Source: Firmicutes bacterium TM09-10 (GTDB lineage: Bacteria > Bacillota > Clostridia > Lachnospirales > Lachnospiraceae). Taken from it: a stretch of DNA of 44,055 bases. This document shows, piece by piece, positions 17,435 to 27,029 of the stretch. The notes below the pieces were generated by a model. That model had not been told where the DNA came from and made no database searches. It was given only the letters and a program-made list of their open reading frames with translations. Both the position numbers and the translations under genes were made by a program. The stretch covers positions 1 to 44,055 of the forward strand of contig CAVHWG010000018.1 of NCBI GenBank assembly GCA_963639645.1, read 5' to 3'. How positions within the stretch are numbered: the stretch's first letter is position 1; each line of letters starts with the position of its first letter.

Positions 17435-18808
17435 ATGAATCAGCATGAGGCAAAAAGAAGTTCCTTTTCCGGAAAGATAGGATTTGTACTATCGGCGGCA
17501 GGAGCTTCCGTAGGGCTGGGTAATATCTGGAGATTTCCGTATCTGGCGGCAAAATACGGTGGAGGTATTTTCCTTGTCATTTACATTATTCTGGCATTGA
17601 CATTCGGATACACCATGATCATCGCGGAGACATCCTTGGGACGCATGACGCAGAAAAGTCCGGTCGGAGCATATGCTTCGTTTGGAAAGTCCAAATGGAT
17701 TCTGGCAGGCGGATGGATCAACGCGATCATTCCAATGCTTATTGTGCCGTATTATTCGGTTATTGGCGGATGGGTTGTCAAATACCTTGTTGAGTATGTC
17801 TTAGGTCAGACACAGGCGGTAGCGGAGGATGGATATTTTTCATCATTTATTTCGGACGGCCTTTCAACGGAAATATATTTTGTTATTTTTGCGATGATCG
17901 TATTAGTGATCATTTATGCGGGTGTGCGTAACGGAATCGAGCGTGTTTCAAAATTCATGATGCCGGTTCTCGTCGTTTTATCATTGGTTATTACGGTATA
18001 TTCTGTGACCAGACCGGGAGCTTTGGCAGGTGTTAAGTATTTTCTGGTTCCGAATATCAATAATTTCTCATGGATGACGGTTGTGACAGCGATGGGACAG
18101 ATGTTCTATTCTCTTTCCATTGCAATGGGTATCCTGATCACATTCGGTTCTTATATGAAAAAAGAAATTTCCATTGAGGGATCGACAAAGCAGGTTGAGG
18201 TGTTTGATACAGCAATCGCAATGCTGGCAGGACTGATGATCATTCCGGCAGTGTTTGCTTTTTCCGGAGGGGATGCAGCGACGCTTCAGGCAGGTCCGGC
18301 GCTCATGTTTATTACAATCCCGAAAGTTTTTGCAAGTATGGGATTCGGTACGTTTGCGGGAATTATGTTTTTCCTGCTGGTGCTTTTTGCGGCACTGACC
18401 AGTTCGATCGCATTGACGGAAAGTGCAGTGGCTACTTTCGAGGACGAATTTAAGTGGAGCAGAAAGAAAGCGACCGTTGTCAGCGGTGCGATCATGCTTG
18501 CGATCGGAAGTCTGTCGGCTTTGGGATACGGTCCGCTTGCAAACGTGAAGATCATTGGCATGCAGTTCCTGGATTTCTTTGATTTCCTGACTAACTCAGT
18601 GATGATGCCGATCGCTGCGATCGCAACCTGTCTGCTTGTGTCCAAAGTCATTGGCGTCAAGCGCATCGAGGAAGAAGTGACACATGGGGAAGGAACGTTC
18701 CGCAGAAAGAAGATCTTCTGTTTTATGATTCAGTATCTGTGCCCGATTTTTGCGGCGCTCATTTTGATCAGTTCCATCGCAAATGCGTTTGGATGGATTT
18801 CAATGTAG
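17435..18808 (+). CDS. Sodium-dependent transporter (NSS/SLC6 family)
   Basis: GASVGLGNIWRFPY, GQMFYSLS and FAALTSSI motifs. Confidence 0.93.
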   Translation: MNQHEAKRSSFSGKIGFVLSAAGASVGLGNIWRFPYLAAKYGGGIFLVIYIILALTFGYTMIIAETSLGRMTQKSPVGAYASFGKSKWILAGGWINAIIPMLIVPYYSVIGGWVVKYLVEYVLGQTQAVAEDGYFSSFISDGLSTEIYFVIFAMIVLVIIYAGVRNGIERVSKFMMPVLVVLSLVITVYSVTRPGALAGVKYFLVPNINNFSWMTVVTAMGQMFYSLSIAMGILITFGSYMKKEISIEGSTKQVEVFDTAIAMLAGLMIIPAVFAFSGGDAATLQAGPALMFITIPKVFASMGFGTFAGIMFFLLVLFAALTSSIALTESAVATFEDEFKWSRKKATVVSGAIMLAIGSLSALGYGPLANVKIIGMQFLDFFDFLTNSVMMPIAAIATCLLVSKVIGVKRIEEEVTHGEGTFRRKKIFCFMIQYLCPIFAALILISSIANAFGWISM

Positions 18809-18832
18809 GAAAATAATTCAATCAAGAAATAC

Positions 18833-18875
18833 AAAAAGCAGGAATTCATTTTGTGTAAATGAAGACCTGCTTTTT
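18833..18875 (+). terminator. Intrinsic terminator
   Basis: AAAAAGCAGG..TTCATTT / AAATGAA..CCTGCTTTTT. Confidence 0.8.
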
Positions 18876-18997
18876 ATGCAAACAATGGCGTTTGTTGTAA
18901 TAACAATGGAAATTCTCCCGCAGATTGCGTATAGTAAGGGAACAACAGAAGAAACTAAAATTATGGATTAGAATATGCAAAAAGCGAGGAACACAGA

Positions 18998-19393
18998 ATG
19001 AATCAGGTAAATGAACAGACCAAAGAACGAATTAAGGAATATTTGAAGCGTCTCGGAACCGATGAGGAACTGGCGGGTGTCCGGGCGGATTTTGTGAAAG
19101 AATTTGAAGCGGTAAAGGTTGTATCGAAAGCCGCAGGACAGGACGGCGAGATCATTCTGGCGGGCGGTCATATGACGGTTGAACAACTGGAGGCGATGTT
19201 GAATACCATTCCGCTTGAAATCACATTTGTTGATACGGACAATATCAACCGCTATTTTAATGAGGGACCGAAAGTGTTCAAGCGGCCGGGCATGGCACTT
19301 GACCGTGAAGTATTCTCCTGCCATCCGCTGAAAGTTGAGCAGCAGGTGCGTCGGATCATCGGGGAATTTGCAAGGGATTACTTTCAGAAATAA
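18998..19393 (+). pseudogene. Internally deleted DUF438 / PAS_10 domain gene (in-frame remnant)
   Basis: DUF438-type start (YLKRL..VRADFVKEF) joined directly to a PAS_10 segment (LNTIPLEITFVD..FKRP..SCHP), which itself lacks its C-terminal half. Confidence 0.65.
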
Positions 19394-19395
19394 TT

Positions 19396-19433
19396 GAAAT
19401 ATTGACACCCTATATAATAGGGTGTAATATTTC
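19396..19433 (+). promoter_or_regulatory. Promoter embedded in a long palindromic operator
   Basis: GAAATATT(G)ACACCCTAT-ATA-ATAGGGTGTAATATTTC, containing TTGACA (19402-19407), 17 bp spacer, TAATAT. Confidence 0.75.
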
Positions 19434-19457
19434 TGTATACGAAGGAGACGGTATTCT

Positions 19458-19763
19458 ATGAGCTCATTATTTGATGATTTGAAAGAAGGACTTGAACAAG
19501 CAATTTCATATGAAAAGGGTGTTGGAAAAGCGAAAACGAAAACATATATGATTTTGCCGGTCAACGAATATGATAATAAGCAGATCAGAGAAGTGCGTAT
19601 GAAAGCAGGAATGACCCAAAGCGTTTTTGCATCATACATGGGAGTCTCAAAGAAGACAGTAGAAGCGTGGGAATGTGGAAGAACACATCCGACAGGACCG
19701 GCGCTTAGATTGTTGGATATACTTTCGGCAGGGGAAGATGTGGAGTATATTGTAGCAAAATAG
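19458..19763 (+). CDS. XRE/HigA-like HTH antitoxin (orphan)
   Basis: MSSLFDDLKEGLEQAI and IREVRMKAGMTQSVFASYMGVSKKTVEAWECGRTHP; RBS AAGGAG. Confidence 0.85.
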   Translation: MSSLFDDLKEGLEQAISYEKGVGKAKTKTYMILPVNEYDNKQIREVRMKAGMTQSVFASYMGVSKKTVEAWECGRTHPTGPALRLLDILSAGEDVEYIVAK

Positions 19764-19772
19764 GATAACGAA

Positions 19773-21155
19773 ATGAAACAGATCAATTTTGACAATGGAA
19801 AAATTACAAGCAACATTTTAAATGCGGCGGTTCCGATGCTCGTGGCGCAGATCCTTAGCCTGCTCTACAACATTGTGGACCGCATCTATATTGCACGCAT
19901 CCCGGATGTCGGCACGGCGGCGCTTGGCGCGGTGGGACTGTGCTTTCCGCTGATCATCATTATTACGGCATTCAGCAACCTGTTCGGAAGTGGTGGCGCG
20001 CCGATCTTCTCCATCAACCGGGGAATGGGCGAGATAAAGCGGGCGCAGGCGATCGTCAATACTTCGTTTACGATGCTCTGCGGCTGCGCAATTGTTCTTA
20101 TGGCGATCGGCTTTGCGTTTGCCAGTCCGCTTCTTGTGCTGTTCGGTGCATCGGAGTCGGCGCTGGTTTACGCGTATCCGTACATTATGATCTATCTGAT
20201 CGGCACGATCCCGTCGATGCTTACGACCGGCATGAATCCGTTTATCAACGCACAGGGCTATGCGACGACCGGAATGATCTCGGTCACGATCGGAGCGGTG
20301 GCGAATCTGATCCTCGATCCGCTTTTTATCTTTACCTTTCATCTTGGAATTGAGGGCGCCGCGATCGCAACGGTGATATCGCAGATTTTATCCGCCTGTT
20401 TTGTCGTTATCTTTTTGCGGAAAAAGGCAGAGTACAAGATAAGGTTTCTGCACAGAGACGAGCTGCGTGAATCGATCGGTTATGCGAAGAATATCGTAAG
20501 TCTCGGCACATCCGGCTTTGTGATGCAGCTTACGAACAGTCTTGTTTCCATCTGCTGCAACAACGTGCTCTCCGTTACCGGAGGCGATGTGTACATATCG
20601 GTCATGACGATCGTATCGAGCGTGCGGCAGATGGTGGAGACACCGATCTACGCGATCGTGGAAGGTTCCTCGCCGATCATCAGTTACAATTACGGTGCAA
20701 AGCGTCCGAAGCGCGTTGCCAAGGCAATTGCGACGATGGCTGTGATGGCTTTGATCTACACGCTTTCCATGTGGCTTGTGATCATTAAGGCACCGGAATT
20801 TCTGATCAGCATTTTCAGTTCGAATAAGGAACTTCTGGTGGATGCGGTTCCGGCGCTCAAACTCTATTTTGCGGCATTTGTGTTTATGCTTTTGCAGTAC
20901 ACCGGGCAGACCGTGTTCAAGTCGTTGAATAAAAAGAAGCAGGCGATCTTCTTTTCGCTGCTTCGCAAAGTATTTATTGTTGTGCCGCTGACGTATCTTC
21001 TGCCGTATGCGTTTCATCTGGGAACGGACGGCGTGTTTATGGCGGAACCGGTGTCGAATGTGATCGGAGGAAGCATCTGCTTTATCACGATGTTCTGTAC
21101 GATCATTCCGGAACTTCGGGCGATGGATGAGGAGAAACAGGATGACAAAAGATAA
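19773..21155 (+). CDS. MATE family efflux transporter
   Basis: LYNIVDRIYI, NLILDPLFIF, GIEGAAIAT and ISYNYGA motifs. Confidence 0.93.
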   Translation: MKQINFDNGKITSNILNAAVPMLVAQILSLLYNIVDRIYIARIPDVGTAALGAVGLCFPLIIIITAFSNLFGSGGAPIFSINRGMGEIKRAQAIVNTSFTMLCGCAIVLMAIGFAFASPLLVLFGASESALVYAYPYIMIYLIGTIPSMLTTGMNPFINAQGYATTGMISVTIGAVANLILDPLFIFTFHLGIEGAAIATVISQILSACFVVIFLRKKAEYKIRFLHRDELRESIGYAKNIVSLGTSGFVMQLTNSLVSICCNNVLSVTGGDVYISVMTIVSSVRQMVETPIYAIVEGSSPIISYNYGAKRPKRVAKAIATMAVMALIYTLSMWLVIIKAPEFLISIFSSNKELLVDAVPALKLYFAAFVFMLLQYTGQTVFKSLNKKKQAIFFSLLRKVFIVVPLTYLLPYAFHLGTDGVFMAEPVSNVIGGSICFITMFCTIIPELRAMDEEKQDDKR

Positions 21156-21216
21156 TTTGCAAAAGATGATATTAAGAAGTAAGATAAAGGCAAATGCATA
21201 AGGAGGAGTTTGGAAA

Positions 21217-22599
21217 ATGAACAAAGGGATGAAACGTTGCCTGGCATTTGTGCTTGCACTCGCGCTCGCATTTACATCTGTGAATGTGACCACTCCGATG
21301 GTGGAGACAGCCTATGCGGCAACGACACAGACGATCACACAGTCGACAACGGTCGTATGCGGAAAAAGTGCAACGGTAAAGGCACCTGCGGGCTACCGGA
21401 ACTGTAAGTTTTCAAGTTCGAATATGAAGGTGGCTACGGTAAATGCGAAGGGAAAACTTACGGCACTTCGTCTTGGTGTGACAACGATCACGATCAAAAG
21501 CGGAAGCAGATCACAGAAATATACCATTACGGTTGTTCCGGCAAAGAAGAGCGACGTAAGACTGAATCAGGAATTGATATTGAGTGGACAGAAGGTGCAG
21601 TTGAAACTGGTTTCCGATCAGTATGATACCAGTCAGGTAAAGCTGCAGTTTTCCAGCGCTTTTTCCGAGATTGACCGGAATGGTAAATGCAAAGGAATCA
21701 GCACTTATATTTCATACGGAGATCTGATCTATTCGTATGGGCAGTTCTCGAAACGTATTACGCTGTATGTCTGCGATACAAAGGTCTTTTTTGATGCAAT
21801 CGTAAACGGAATGTACGGCACGGATCTGTCGGCGAACAATGCCGGAGAGGAATACCGGCCGCTGGCGGGCGTGAAACTGGCGAAGAAATCTTATTCCGTG
21901 AAGCAGTATAAGAATATGGGCATAAATTTCTATCTGGATGGCAAAGCGATGACCGATAAGGTGGTGTATACACCGGGAGATCATGTGGTATCGATTGTGG
22001 CATCCGGCAAGAAATACACCAAAAAATTTGCGGTGTCCTATTCGGTGAAAAATGCGCTTCTCAAAAGGGATGCAACCGGATATTCAAAAGAGGGAAAAGA
22101 AGTCTTTGATGCCGCTTTTGAAGCTGTTGAGGAAGAAATCGAAGAAGGGATGAGCGAGGAAGAGAAAGTAAAAGCCATCCATGATTATCTGATCTATTAT
22201 GCGGACTATGTGAATAACGGAGATTATACAACGGCTTCTAAATGGGCATATGGAGCAAGTGGTGTTCTCCTGCATGGGGAAGGCGTGTGCCAAAGTTACG
22301 CGATTGCATTCTATATGATGGCGGTGTCGGCGGGACTTGATTGCAGATATGTGGTCGGAACGGCGAACGGTGGAAGCCATGCCTGGAATCAGGTTAAAGT
22401 TGACGGGATCTGGTATTATATTGACTGCACCTGGGACGATCCGATTGTGAACGGAATCAGCGGAGGTGGCGAATGTTATGATTATTATCTGTCAGAGAGT
22501 CTCTGGTCGGATCACATCGCAACGGATTCCCAAGATCTGGCTCAGAAGGGAAAATACTCATGGGAACACTATTATCTGACCGGAAAAGATTATAAGTAA
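21217..22599 (+). CDS. Secreted Ig-like + transglutaminase-like domain protein
   Basis: Signal peptide ending AYA, Big_2-like FSSSNMKVATVNAKG, and triad motifs GVCQSYA / HAWNQV / IDCTWDD. Confidence 0.85.
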   Translation: MNKGMKRCLAFVLALALAFTSVNVTTPMVETAYAATTQTITQSTTVVCGKSATVKAPAGYRNCKFSSSNMKVATVNAKGKLTALRLGVTTITIKSGSRSQKYTITVVPAKKSDVRLNQELILSGQKVQLKLVSDQYDTSQVKLQFSSAFSEIDRNGKCKGISTYISYGDLIYSYGQFSKRITLYVCDTKVFFDAIVNGMYGTDLSANNAGEEYRPLAGVKLAKKSYSVKQYKNMGINFYLDGKAMTDKVVYTPGDHVVSIVASGKKYTKKFAVSYSVKNALLKRDATGYSKEGKEVFDAAFEAVEEEIEEGMSEEEKVKAIHDYLIYYADYVNNGDYTTASKWAYGASGVLLHGEGVCQSYAIAFYMMAVSAGLDCRYVVGTANGGSHAWNQVKVDGIWYYIDCTWDDPIVNGISGGGECYDYYLSESLWSDHIATDSQDLAQKGKYSWEHYYLTGKDYK

Positions 22600-22673
22600 T
22601 CATTATTTCCGGCTGCATACCATGACGATGCGTAACGGTCAAAAAATGTAATGACGTCCTGTTTGTTCATAAA

Positions 22674-23225
22674 TTATGCCTCAATCTTTGGGTAGCGCTC
22701 CGGGATCAGATGCGCTTTCATCAGTGCAAATACGATGCTTGGAATGAAGATCAGCTGGATCAGCGTTCCGGGCCAGCTTGTCACAACGTAGCCGGATACC
22801 CATGCGCCCATAGAGTATGATCCTGCGGAGAAGATCAGTGCCTTGGTGATTCCGGCAAGGATGCGTCCGCAGACGATCGCTGCGATCAGACTGATGTACA
22901 GATCTGCGTAGGTATTCTTTGTGCGGACAACTTTCATCATAACACCGGCAATAATGCCGTAGAAAGCAAGCTCAACCATCATAGACGGAAGGATGGCAAC
23001 CGGCGGCATACCGGAGAGTACGCTCGATAAAGCCGGACCTGCGATACCGCATAATAAGCCAAAAGGCCAGCCGGCTACAAGACCGCAGAGGAATACCGGA
23101 ATGTGCATCGGGCAGAAGATGCTGCCGGAATTCGGGATTCCGTGGAAAAGCATCGGAAGAATGTAGCAGAGTGCGATACATACTGCGGTAATGATTGATT
23201 TTTTTACATAAGACATTTCTTTCAT
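22674..23225 (-). CDS. ECF transporter S component
   Basis: About 6 TM helices, PMHIPVFLCG and GMPP; adjacent to ecfT/ecfA. Confidence 0.88.
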   Translation of the reverse strand: MKEMSYVKKSIITAVCIALCYILPMLFHGIPNSGSIFCPMHIPVFLCGLVAGWPFGLLCGIAGPALSSVLSGMPPVAILPSMMVELAFYGIIAGVMMKVVRTKNTYADLYISLIAAIVCGRILAGITKALIFSAGSYSMGAWVSGYVVTSWPGTLIQLIFIPSIVFALMKAHLIPERYPKIEA

Positions 23226-23322
23226 AGTAATGATACCTCTTTCTTCTGAATCATAGGAATTTCTTTTCTTTCTTCGGAAAGAATACTCCGTTACAATGCA
23301 AATGAAAACAATTGTTTTTACA

Positions 23323-24111
23323 TTATAGCATATATTCCAGGATAATTAAAAAACAACAGAATAACAGTGCACACCATCCGCTTCGGGGGATGGATTTATG
23401 TTTTTGCGGCGCATGATATGTGCCTTTTCGGTAGCCGCGGGCTTCCATTGCCAGCGCAAGTTCGTCCGCGCGACGGAATGCCGCAACAAAGATCGGAATG
23501 ACAAGCGCGAGCATCGCGCGCGCCCGTTCGGTAAGACGGTGACTGTCCAGTCTGGCACCTCTGGCAAGCTGCGCCTTTTTGATGCTGTCCGTCTCTTCCA
23601 TCAGAGTCGGAATAAACTGGATCGCAACCGACAGGATCATCGCGATATCGTCCGCCGGAATCCGTAGCAGTTTCAGCGGACGAAGCATCGTCTGGATCGC
23701 GCTGGTGATCGCGAGCGGAGGCGTTGTCAGCGTCAGAAGATTGCTGAGCACAAGAATCAGGATCACGCGATATATCACCTGAAATCCCTGTGCGATTCCT
23801 TCCTGCGAGAGCGTGAAGATCCACCATTTCCACAGCGGATTTTCCGCGTTGAAGAAGAATGCGTTTGTCAGGAATACCAGAACAAAAAACCATCGCATCC
23901 GCTGTACCGAACCGAACACGGCGCGAAGCGGAGCATGCGAGACTGCGATCAGCGCCATCCATATAAGGGTAATGGCAACATATTCCGTGACACTGTGCGT
24001 CAGGATGACTGCCACGATCAAAAGCAGAAAGCTGAAGAATTTCGCTCTGGCATCAAGGCGATGAAGGAGCGATTCCCCCGGAACGTAGGTGCCGGATGTG
24101 AATTCTCTCAT
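23323..24111 (-). CDS. ecfT: ECF transporter T component
   Basis: LHRLDARAK, AQLARG and AMEARGY motifs. Confidence 0.92.
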   Translation of the reverse strand: MREFTSGTYVPGESLLHRLDARAKFFSFLLLIVAVILTHSVTEYVAITLIWMALIAVSHAPLRAVFGSVQRMRWFFVLVFLTNAFFFNAENPLWKWWIFTLSQEGIAQGFQVIYRVILILVLSNLLTLTTPPLAITSAIQTMLRPLKLLRIPADDIAMILSVAIQFIPTLMEETDSIKKAQLARGARLDSHRLTERARAMLALVIPIFVAAFRRADELALAMEARGYRKGTYHAPQKHKSIPRSGWCALLFCCFLIILEYML

Positions 24112-25046
24112 ACGTCACCGCCCTTCCGCCTGCTCTCTGTGACAGGATCGTGCGCTTCGCAAGCTCCGGTGTTTCGAGAAGATGACTGCGTTGGTTCAGT
24201 CATAATGTTCTGTGAAGAGCCTTGATAAAATTGCAACAATTCTTCCTCAAAATCATCCTTTGTAAGAGGACGATAAGGGAGTGTGATTCCCTGCGCCTTA
24301 AGCTCGTAATACAGTTGCACCGGCATCGGCGGCTTTAGTCTGGTCTGCGTCAGCAGATCCATATCCGTCAGAATCTCGCGAGGCGTCCCTTTTGCAAGTA
24401 TTTTTCCCTCCTGCATAAGGATTACCCGATCCGCGCCAAGCGCTTCCTCAACATTATGTGTGATCATGACGATCGTTTTTCCGTGTTGATGAAGTTCCTC
24501 TATCATCGCAAGAACTTCCTTGCTGCCCACGGGATCGAGCATGGAAGCTGCCTCGTCAAAGACAAGGAGTTCCGGATCCATCGCAAGCACACCCGCTAAG
24601 GCAATCCGCTGCTTTTGTCCGCCGGAGAGTGAGTGTGGAGAGCGCTGTTCGTAGCCGCCCATTCCGACGGTGTGAAGAGCTTCTTTGACTTTTTCTTCAA
24701 TCCTGTCTTCCGGCACATCATAGTTGCGCAGCCCGAATGCGACGTCCTCCTCGATGATCGTGGAGACAAACTGGTTGTCCGGATTCTGGAAGACCATGCC
24801 GACTTTGCGGCGCAGTTCGCATTGGTTTTCGGGATCGGCAGCATCCAATCCTGCGACCGTGAGCGTGCCGCTCTGCAACGGCAGCAGTGCATTCAGATGT
24901 TTCGCGAGCGTGGATTTCCCGCATCCGTTGTGTCCGAGGATCGCCACCAGTTCACCCGGTTTCACGGAAAGCGAGCTGCCGTCCAGCGCGTGAGAAGGTG
25001 CGCCCGCATAATCATAGGAAAATGTTAAATTGTCCGCATGAATCAT
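24108..25046 (-). CDS. ecfA: ECF transporter ATPase
   Basis: GHNGCGKST, VFQNPDNQ, LSGGQKQR and FDEA. RBS GGAGG before ATG 25046; ATGA overlap with ecfT. Confidence 0.92.
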   Translation of the reverse strand: MIHADNLTFSYDYAGAPSHALDGSSLSVKPGELVAILGHNGCGKSTLAKHLNALLPLQSGTLTVAGLDAADPENQCELRRKVGMVFQNPDNQFVSTIIEEDVAFGLRNYDVPEDRIEEKVKEALHTVGMGGYEQRSPHSLSGGQKQRIALAGVLAMDPELLVFDEAASMLDPVGSKEVLAMIEELHQHGKTIVMITHNVEEALGADRVILMQEGKILAKGTPREILTDMDLLTQTRLKPPMPVQLYYELKAQGITLPYRPLTKDDFEEELLQFYQGSSQNIMTEPTQSSSRNTGACEAHDPVTESRRKGGDV

Positions 25047-25170
25047 GGTGCGCCTCCTTCCATCTTTTGTTTGCACAACAAAAAGGTACACGGTAAACTC
25101 TTCGCGAGCTGCCGCATACCTTCCTGGATATGCAAAAATAAATTACCTGTATCGTAAACAAGAACACTTC

Positions 25171-25329
25171 GGTGGCAGCCTTGTCTGCTTTCACCTTCAC
25201 CATAGCCGCAGTCGCGGCACTGTTCGTTCCGACCGCCGTAATCGTTGCATCCGGCATCGCGTTTTTCAGTGCTGTCACAAGCTGCCTGCCGATGCCGCCT
25301 CCCTGCGCATCAATAACCAGAATGTTCAT
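25171..25329 (-). pseudogene. 5' stub of a DUF3842 family gene
   Basis: MNILVIDAQGGGIGRQL..AVGTNSAAT..ADKAAT, then similarity is lost where GENA would be expected. Confidence 0.7.
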
Positions 25330-25501
25330 GTTGTTACCTCTCAATCTTTTTCTAGAAAAAGTTTATCATAAATAGAGGAAGGCTTCCACCGGAAAATGTG
25401 TGTGTGGCTATGGTATGTAATATAATACATTTATTCGTACGAAAAAATGTAGAATGAAGCAATTTTTCATAAATAGAAGAAATATGATGGAGAGCAGGAG
25501 C

Positions 25502-26914
25502 ATGGAGAGGAAACGGAAAAGTACATCTAATAAAGAAATAAATATCAATTCTAACCGATCAAACAGAAAGAATTCAATGAGTCAGAAATCTATGACGCAG
25601 AAGTCAACGGATCAGAAAACGATAAGTAGGAAAACCGCTGACGGAAGCTGCCCGTATGCAAAAAAATGCGGCGGATGTGATTATCAGGGAATTTCCTACG
25701 AGGAGCAGCTTAAGAAAAAGCAGTCCTACATCCGCAAACTGATGGAGCCGTATGGCAAGGTGCAGCCGATCGTAAAGATGGATGATCCGTATCACTATCG
25801 TCACAAAGTACAGGCTGCATTTGACTGTACCCGCAGGGGACAGATCATGGCGGGCGTTTACCAGAAAAATTCGCATGATGTGGTCGATATCGAAAGCTGT
25901 CAGATCGAGAATGAGGAGGCAGATGCGATCATCCGCGATGTGAAAAATATGTTGCGTTCATTCCGCATCAAAACCTATGATGAAGATACCGGATACGGAC
26001 TTTTGCGTCACGTCTTAGTGCGCAAGGGATATCATAGCGGACAGATTATGGTCGTGCTTGTGCTCGCGGATGCCATTCTTCCGTCGAAGAACAATTTTGT
26101 CAAAGCACTGCGCAAGAACCATCCTGATATCAGCACCGTTATCATCAATGTCAATAACAAACGGACAAGCATGGTGCTCGGCGAGCGCAACATCACCGTG
26201 TATGGCAAGGGTTACATTGAGGATTCACTTTGCGGATCCACCTTCCGCATCTCCCCGAATTCTTTCTATCAGGTAAACCCGAAGCAGACCGAAATCTTAT
26301 ATGAGAAAGCAATCGCCAGCGCAGGTCTGACCGGAAAAGAGACGGTGATCGATGCGTACTGCGGAACCGGAACGATCGGTCTGATCGCAAGCAAGTCGGC
26401 AAAGCAGGTGATCGGTGTCGAATTAAACAAAGACGCGATCCGCGATGCGATCACGAATGCCAAGCGAAATGATATTCATAATGTACGCTTTTTCCATCAG
26501 GATGCAGGCGAGTTTATGGTGGAGATGGCGGAAAAAGGCCAGCAGGCGGATGTGGTCATTATGGACCCGCCGCGTACCGGAAGTGATGAGTCATTTCTTT
26601 CGTCCGTCGTCAAACTTGCACCGAAGCGCGTGGTTTATGTGTCGTGCGGTCCGGAGTCGCTGGCGCGCGATCTCAAGTATCTCACCCGCCATGGTTATCG
26701 CATGAAAGAGTGCACGCCGGTTGACATGTTTCCGTTTACACGGCATGTGGAGACGGTATGCCTTTTGTCCAAACTCCATGAAGCGAAACATCATGTGAAT
26801 GTGAGACTTGATATGGATGAGATGGATTTGACAGCTGCGGAGAGCAAGGCGACTTATGAGGAGATAAAGAAGTACGTGGCGGAGCATAATGATGGGATGA
26901 AAGCTTTCTATTGA
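25502..26914 (+). CDS. rlmD: 23S rRNA (uracil-C5)-methyltransferase RlmD/RumA with element-type C-terminal extension
   Basis: CPYAKKCGGC, SFYQVN, DAYCGTG, DPPR, YVSC and DMFPFTRHVE. No TRAM domain. Start uncertain (ORF open from 25454). Confidence 0.9.
   Translation: MERKRKSTSNKEININSNRSNRKNSMSQKSMTQKSTDQKTISRKTADGSCPYAKKCGGCDYQGISYEEQLKKKQSYIRKLMEPYGKVQPIVKMDDPYHYRHKVQAAFDCTRRGQIMAGVYQKNSHDVVDIESCQIENEEADAIIRDVKNMLRSFRIKTYDEDTGYGLLRHVLVRKGYHSGQIMVVLVLADAILPSKNNFVKALRKNHPDISTVIINVNNKRTSMVLGERNITVYGKGYIEDSLCGSTFRISPNSFYQVNPKQTEILYEKAIASAGLTGKETVIDAYCGTGTIGLIASKSAKQVIGVELNKDAIRDAITNAKRNDIHNVRFFHQDAGEFMVEMAEKGQQADVVIMDPPRTGSDESFLSSVVKLAPKRVVYVSCGPESLARDLKYLTRHGYRMKECTPVDMFPFTRHVETVCLLSKLHEAKHHVNVRLDMDEMDLTAAESKATYEEIKKYVAEHNDGMKAFY
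25574..25633 (+). repeat. Degenerate 4 x 15-bp repeat in the rlmD N-terminal low-complexity region
   Basis: TCAATGAGTCAGAAA TCTATGACGCAGAAG TCAACGGATCAGAAA ACGATAAGTAGGAAA. Confidence 0.55.
26744..26914 (+). mobile_element. Integration scar: foreign 3' end of rlmD typical of rlmD-targeting integrative elements
   Basis: HVETVCLLSK is followed by LHEAKHHVNVRLDMDEMDLTAAESKATYEEIKKYVAEHNDGMK, recalled as the element-supplied tail, here truncated. No recombinase lies nearby. Confidence 0.65.
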
Positions 26915-26978
26915 GGAAATCGAAAAAGAATTGGATAGCGAATCTTAATTTATTGTGCAATATGCCAATAATATGCAT

Positions 26979-27023
26979 AAAATGCATGGAACGATAGAAA
27001 AAATCTATCATTCCATGCATTTT
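26979..27023. terminator. Bidirectional terminator between rlmD and LysR
   Basis: AAAATGCATGGAA-C-GATAGA-AAAAA-TCTATC-A-TTCCATGCATTTT. Confidence 0.85.
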
Positions 27024-27029
27024 GTCCAA

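Noticed and set aside
18968..19816. 282-aa minus-strand ORF
   Set aside because: Antisense shadow of the DUF438 remnant and HTH gene; no recognisable motif.
25012..25344. Intact 110-aa DUF3842 protein
   Set aside because: The second half reads through the ecfA leader and start and has no family similarity.
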